Under the pieces are notes generated by a model. The model searched no databases. It was not told where the DNA came from and saw only the letters and a program-made list of their open reading frames with translations. Below, piece by piece: positions 59,605-64,000 of a stretch of DNA of 64,000 nt (the stretch's first letter is position 1; each line of letters begins with the position of its first letter). The position numbers and the translations under genes are program-made. Source of the DNA: Deltaproteobacteria bacterium (GTDB lineage: Bacteria; Desulfobacterota; Binatia; HRBIN30; CADEER01); assembly GCA_033764095.1 (NCBI GenBank), contig JANRJF010000034.1, forward strand, positions 16,549 through 80,548. Reading direction: 5' to 3'.

Positions 59605-61410
59605 TCAGGCAGCGACGTCGACGTCGGTGGGGTCGTTGACCGGCGTCCACGCGCGCGCGCCGCTGCGCATGCGCCAGGCCGTGCAGGTGCGCAGATGGAC
59701 GGCGACGGCGGCGCTGAAGGCGATGGCCAGCGGCAGGCCGAGCGCCCGCACACGAGCCGAGCGCAGCCGGCCTTCGAGCCGCCGCCACCCGCACGCACGG
59801 GCGGCGGGAATGGCGAGCGACACGACCGCGTACAGCGTGGCGAGGGCGAACAACAGGTCGCGCAGGCCCCAGCTCGCCCCCACGACCACGACCAGCAGCG
59901 CCGCCGCGAGGGCGAGGCGCACGGCCGTGCGCTGCGACCAGGCGAGACGCGGCTCGGTGTGCAGGCTCTTGCCGACCAGTCGATGTGCGACGCGCAGGTG
60001 GCAGCCGAGCGCGTCGGCTCCGAGCGGCGCGCCGAGCGGCGCGCGCATGTCGAGGAAGCACCAGCCGAGTGATGCGTCGAGCGGCGGCGCGTCGGACCCA
60101 CGCAATGCCGCGCCGAGCGTGGCTGGGATGGCGTGCTGCGCGATCAGGTAGCCGTCCGCGATCAGGGCACGCGCCTCGACGCCGCTGAAGGCGTCGAGGT
60201 CGGTGCGCACGCCGGCCAGCGCCTCCTGCACGTGGCGATCGACGCCGTACGCGGTCCGCCCGCCAGTGTCGGTCACCTGCGCCGGCTTGTCGGCACCGCC
60301 GCGCCAGGTGATCTCGCGCTGCAGCAGATCCTCCTTCAAATGCAGGAAGACCAGCTGGCGCACGCTGCCGCAGCGCTCCAGCAGGTGGGCGACCGCGTAC
60401 TGCTCCTCGCGCACCCGATCCATCAGCGCGTCGTTGCTGCGCTGCACGACGCCGAACAGACGCGTCGGCGCATCCGCGCTGTCGGCCATCTGGCCGCTGG
60501 CGTCGCTGACCAGCAGATGCGTGCACGGATGCGAGGGATCGAGCAGCGCCTCGATGCCCTGGTTGTCGTGCACCCCGCCATCGACCAGCTGCGGCGTCAG
60601 CTCGTCGGCGCCGTCCTGGTACAGCTCGGTCAGCGCCAGCGGCGGAAAGATGCCGGGCACCGCCGCCGAGGCGGCAACGGCGACGCCGAGCGGCAGGCGG
60701 CGATACTTGTCGGTGGGCGCCAGGCTGTCGTAGCAGGCGCGCCGCAGGCGCAGATTGCAGTCGATGTTGTCGTGATGCGCCAGCGCTTCCGGCTCGCCGA
60801 GCCAGGTGGCGGTGAATTGGAAGCTGTGGCCGGTGTTGAGGGTCGTCGCGTTGATGACCAGCACCGGGATCTTGTTGCGACGCCGGTCGTTGGGCGTGCG
60901 GCCGTGCGTCTCCGGCTCGAAGGGGTGGAAGCCGGCCGGCTCCCCGACCGGCTGGATGGTGAGCCGCGGCAGCTCGACACGCTGCCCCGGCGCGACGCCG
61001 GCGACCGTGGCGTAGAGGTACTCCTCGTACAGCTCGGCCATGCGGTCGCTGCGCGAGTACTTGCGGTCGTGGAACATGCGCCAGTTGGCGCGCCAGTCGG
61101 CGAAGGCGCGCATGCGCAGGTTGGCACCGACCGCGGCGGTGAAGTCGCGCGCCAGCTCGTCGACCACTCCGACATAGTCGGCGCGGGTGATCGCCGCGTC
61201 GGCCTTCGCCTGCAGCAGCCGCCGCACGTGCAGGTAGTAGAGCGCGCCGACGATCGAGCCGCCCGAGACGGTGGAGAGCACCTGCACCTCGCGCAGCAGG
61301 TCGAGCTCGGCGAGCCGCGCCAGGACGCCGATGTGGAACAGCGAGGCGCGGAAGCCGCCGCCGGACAGCGCCAGGCCGAGACGTGCGGGTCGCTGCGGTT
61401 GATCGGACAT
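59605..61410 (-). CDS. Patatin-like phospholipase with C-terminal membrane segments
   Basis: AGGAGG RBS; LALSGGGFRA oxyanion loop, STVSGGS nucleophile, ASAAVPGIF, LVDGGVHDNQG catalytic Asp; hydrophobic C-terminus. Confidence 0.92.
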   Translation of the reverse strand: MSDQPQRPARLGLALSGGGFRASLFHIGVLARLAELDLLREVQVLSTVSGGSIVGALYYLHVRRLLQAKADAAITRADYVGVVDELARDFTAAVGANLRMRAFADWRANWRMFHDRKYSRSDRMAELYEEYLYATVAGVAPGQRVELPRLTIQPVGEPAGFHPFEPETHGRTPNDRRRNKIPVLVINATTLNTGHSFQFTATWLGEPEALAHHDNIDCNLRLRRACYDSLAPTDKYRRLPLGVAVAASAAVPGIFPPLALTELYQDGADELTPQLVDGGVHDNQGIEALLDPSHPCTHLLVSDASGQMADSADAPTRLFGVVQRSNDALMDRVREEQYAVAHLLERCGSVRQLVFLHLKEDLLQREITWRGGADKPAQVTDTGGRTAYGVDRHVQEALAGVRTDLDAFSGVEARALIADGYLIAQHAIPATLGAALRGSDAPPLDASLGWCFLDMRAPLGAPLGADALGCHLRVAHRLVGKSLHTEPRLAWSQRTAVRLALAAALLVVVVGASWGLRDLLFALATLYAVVSLAIPAARACGWRRLEGRLRSARVRALGLPLAIAFSAAVAVHLRTCTAWRMRSGARAWTPVNDPTDVDVAA

Positions 61411-61546
61411 GGCCACCTCCTGTCGCGGGTTCGCGTCGAGCCGCGCGGTTCGCGACGAACCGACGACCCGCCGCTACTACGCGCCGGCGGCGGCCGACAT
61501 TCGGACTTTCCCGCTCAGGGATATCCCCCACGCCCTCGCCGGCCGG

Positions 61547-61580
61547 TTGACGCGCGGCGGCAGGACTCTAAGCTCCGCGC
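61547..61580 (+). promoter_or_regulatory. Sigma70-like promoter for leaderless pdxH
   Basis: TTGACG (61547-61552), 16 nt, TAAGCT (61569-61574), 6 nt, ATG 61581. Confidence 0.6.
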
Positions 61581-62162
61581 ATGCCTGCCGATCCGATTGC
61601 CCGCTTCCGCCGCTGGTACGCCGCCGCCACCCGCCATGCGCAGATCGCCCAGCCCGAGGCGATGACGCTGGCGACCGCCGACCGGCGCGGCCGGCCGGCG
61701 GCGCGCGTAGTGCTGCTCAAGGACGTCGGGCCGGACGGGTTCGTGTTCTACACCAACGCCGACAGCCGTAAGGGCCGCGAGCTGGCCGACAACCCGCGCG
61801 CCGCGCTGGTCTTCCACTGGCAGCCGCTCGGACGCCAGGTGCGCGTCGAAGGACGGGTGACGATGGTGAGCGCCGCCGAGGCCGACGCCTACTGGGCGAG
61901 CCGGCCGCGCGAGAGCCAGCTCGGCGGAGCCGCCTCCGACCAGAGCGCTCCGGTCGCCGGCCGCGCCGCACTGCTGGCCCGCTGGCGGGCGCTGGCGCGC
62001 CGCTACCGCGACGCCGCCGTGCCGCGCCCGCCGCACTGGACCGGCTACCGGGTCGTCCCCGACGCCATCGAGTTCTGGACGCTGCGGCCGTACCGCCTGC
62101 ACGACCGCGAGTTGTTCACCCGCACGCGCGGCGGCTGGACGCTGACCCGCCTGCAGCCGTAG
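61581..62162 (+). CDS. pdxH: Pyridoxamine 5'-phosphate oxidase
   Basis: AMTLAT, RVVLLK, FYTN..SRKG, RQVRVEG, SRPRESQ, RPPHWTGYR, EFW...RLHDR, RLQP. Confidence 0.96.
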   Translation: MPADPIARFRRWYAAATRHAQIAQPEAMTLATADRRGRPAARVVLLKDVGPDGFVFYTNADSRKGRELADNPRAALVFHWQPLGRQVRVEGRVTMVSAAEADAYWASRPRESQLGGAASDQSAPVAGRAALLARWRALARRYRDAAVPRPPHWTGYRVVPDAIEFWTLRPYRLHDRELFTRTRGGWTLTRLQP

Positions 62163-62326
62163 GCCGCCGCGTATCGCGCCACACCCACGGCGCGGCGTGG
62201 TGTCCCTTTGTGCGGTTGTGCCCAGGTTGTGCAGCAGGACGCGTCGGCGGCGCTGACCCGCCGCAACAGCCACTGGGTCGCCGAGCTGGGGCTCACTCGC
62301 TGCGCGGCTTCGGGCGAGCGAGCGGA

Positions 62327-63445
62327 TCAGACTGCCGGGCGAGCCGCGGGCTGATCGCTGATTGCCGACGGCTGGCCCGGCCCGCACGGCAGGCGCACGG
62401 TGAACGTCGAGCCGACGCCGACCTCGCTGGCGACGTCGACCGCGCCGCCGTGCGCCGCGACCACCGAGCGGACGATGAACAGGCCGAGGCCGCTGCCCTC
62501 GACCGCGCCGCTGGCGCGGCCGCGCCGGTACTTCTCGAAGATGAGCGGCAGCTCGTCGGCGGGGATGCCGGCGCCGGTGTCGCGCACCGCGATGGCGATC
62601 GCACTGCCGTCACAGCTGAGGCGCAGCTCGACGACGCCGCCGTCGGGCGAGAACTTGATTGCGTTGCTCACCAGGTTGGTGAGCGCGCGCTCCAGGTAGG
62701 CGGCGTCGGCCGGGGCGTGCGGCAGGTCGGGCGGCGCGTTGACGCAGAGGCTGATCCCGCGCGACGAGGCCAGTGCGTCCTGGCGGCCGACCACCTCGCG
62801 CGCCAGCTCGGCGAGGCACACCGGACGGCGGTCGAGCGCCAGCGTGCCGCCCTCGATGCGCCCCAGCTCGACGAAGTTGCACACCAGGTTGAGCGTGCTG
62901 GCGGCGTTGTCCTTGATGCGCTGCAGCAGCAGCCGCACGCCGGCGCTCAGCTCCGGCTCGTCGGCGATCATGTCGGCGTAGTTGAAGATGACGTTGAGCG
63001 GGTTGCGGATGTCGTGGCTCAGCATCGAGCGGAAGAGATTGCGCTCGCGCACCAGGCGCTGGCGGTCCTGGTTGCGGCCGATGACGTGCGCCAGCTCGGC
63101 GAGGTGCGAGAGGTCGGCGCGCTTGACGACGTAGTCCCAGCCGCCGCGGCGAATCGCGTCGACGGCGACGGTGAGATCGTCGACGCCGGTAACGCAGATC
63201 ACCGGCGTCTCCTCGCTGCGCGCGACGACGCGCTCCAGCACGGTGAGCCCGGGCAGGTCGGGTAGACCGAGATCGAGCAGCACCACCGCGTCGAGGCCCG
63301 CCTCCAGCGCCAGCAGGCAGTCGCGCCCGGTGGCGACGCGCTCGACCGCGAAGCCCTCGCGGCGCAGGACGCGCTCGGTCAGCCGGGCGTGACCGTCGTC
63401 GTCCTCGACCACGAGGATGGTGCTGCTGACGCGGCTTTCGCTCAC
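62327..63445 (-). CDS. Hybrid response regulator/sensor histidine kinase
   Basis: Receiver (ILVVEDD, LLDLGLPD, DYVVK), H-box SHDIRNPL, N-box NLVSNAIKF, DTGAGI, GSGLGL. Confidence 0.95.
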   Translation of the reverse strand: MSESRVSSTILVVEDDDGHARLTERVLRREGFAVERVATGRDCLLALEAGLDAVVLLDLGLPDLPGLTVLERVVARSEETPVICVTGVDDLTVAVDAIRRGGWDYVVKRADLSHLAELAHVIGRNQDRQRLVRERNLFRSMLSHDIRNPLNVIFNYADMIADEPELSAGVRLLLQRIKDNAASTLNLVCNFVELGRIEGGTLALDRRPVCLAELAREVVGRQDALASSRGISLCVNAPPDLPHAPADAAYLERALTNLVSNAIKFSPDGGVVELRLSCDGSAIAIAVRDTGAGIPADELPLIFEKYRRGRASGAVEGSGLGLFIVRSVVAAHGGAVDVASEVGVGSTFTVRLPCGPGQPSAISDQPAARPAV

Positions 63446-63891
63446 GCCAACTCCGGCAACTCGACGATCTCCAGGAACATGCCGAGCCGCTCCAGCTTCT
63501 CGCCCAGCGAGGCGATGTTCACCGGCTTGGCGACATAGCCGCTGGCGCCCATGGCGTAGCAGCGGTCGATCTCGGCCTGGTTGTCGGTCGAGGTGAGCAT
63601 GATGATCGGCAGCCGGCGCAGGCGCTCGTCGGACTTGATGCGCTCCAGCACTTCGATGCCGTCGACGCGCGGCAGGTTGATGTCGAGCAGCATCAGCTTC
63701 GGGCAGCCGAAGCGCTGGCGGTCGGCGAAGGCGCCGCCGTTGGTCAGGTAGTCGATCGCCTCCTGGCCGTCGACGACGCGGTCGATCGGGTTGATCAGGT
63801 TGACGCGGCGCAGGTTGCGCTCGATCAGCCGCGCGTGCCCGTCGTCGTCCTCGACCAGCAGGATCTTAATTGAGGGGCGTCCGTCCATCAT
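63442..63891 (-). CDS. Single-domain response regulator (Rcp1-like)
   Basis: [39 protein letters not shown]. Confidence 0.95.
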   Translation of the reverse strand: MMDGRPSIKILLVEDDDGHARLIERNLRRVNLINPIDRVVDGQEAIDYLTNGGAFADRQRFGCPKLMLLDINLPRVDGIEVLERIKSDERLRRLPIIMLTSTDNQAEIDRCYAMGASGYVAKPVNIASLGEKLERLGMFLEIVELPELA

Positions 63892-64000
63892 CCGCCACCG
63901 TCCTCTCGGTTGTGCCGGCGTCGGCCGGCAGGGTGAACCAGAACGTGCTGCCGTGGCCGAGGCTCGACTCCAGCCACAGCTTGCCGCCCTGCCGCTCGAT
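63866..64000 (-). CDS. Sensor histidine kinase, C-terminal fragment (continues beyond the window)
   Basis: Minus-strand translation [25 protein letters not shown]...* is the end of a HATPase_c domain. Confidence 0.88.
   Translation of the reverse strand: MERQGGKLWLESSLGHGSTFWFTLPADAGTTERTVADDGRTPLN

Noticed and set aside
59605-61410. Patatin as part of CBASS
   Set aside because: No CD-NTase or cap2/cap3 genes nearby, and the protein is longer than CapV with membrane segments.

Overview
Very GC-rich bacterial chromosome segment. Gene content (exosortase, Cys-containing C-terminal sorting tails, giant TSP3 protein) suggests, by inference only, a Binatota/Myxococcota-like lineage. About 45 protein-coding genes are supported: partial mutS2, an exosortase H-like pair, a TetR-RND-TolC efflux operon, several large secreted or surface proteins, lipid/redox enzymes, LysR-glyA, three tandem BNR beta-propeller paralogs, a zinc peptidase + ATP-grasp pair, a patatin + double-Cache multi-pass membrane protein operon, pdxH and a two-component cluster. 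No tRNA, rRNA, CRISPR array, transposase or prophage gene was seen. The main unexplained structure is about 17 short (60-300 bp) palindromic elements built from at least nine unrelated 7-10 bp tandem units that share one architecture (tandem arm, unique core, inverted tandem arm). Several supply start codons, signal-peptide segments or C-termini of real genes. The best candidate for an undescribed protein system is the patatin/Cache operon at 55411-61410. Many genes also appear to be leaderless. All calls come from motifs read by eye; no database search was run.
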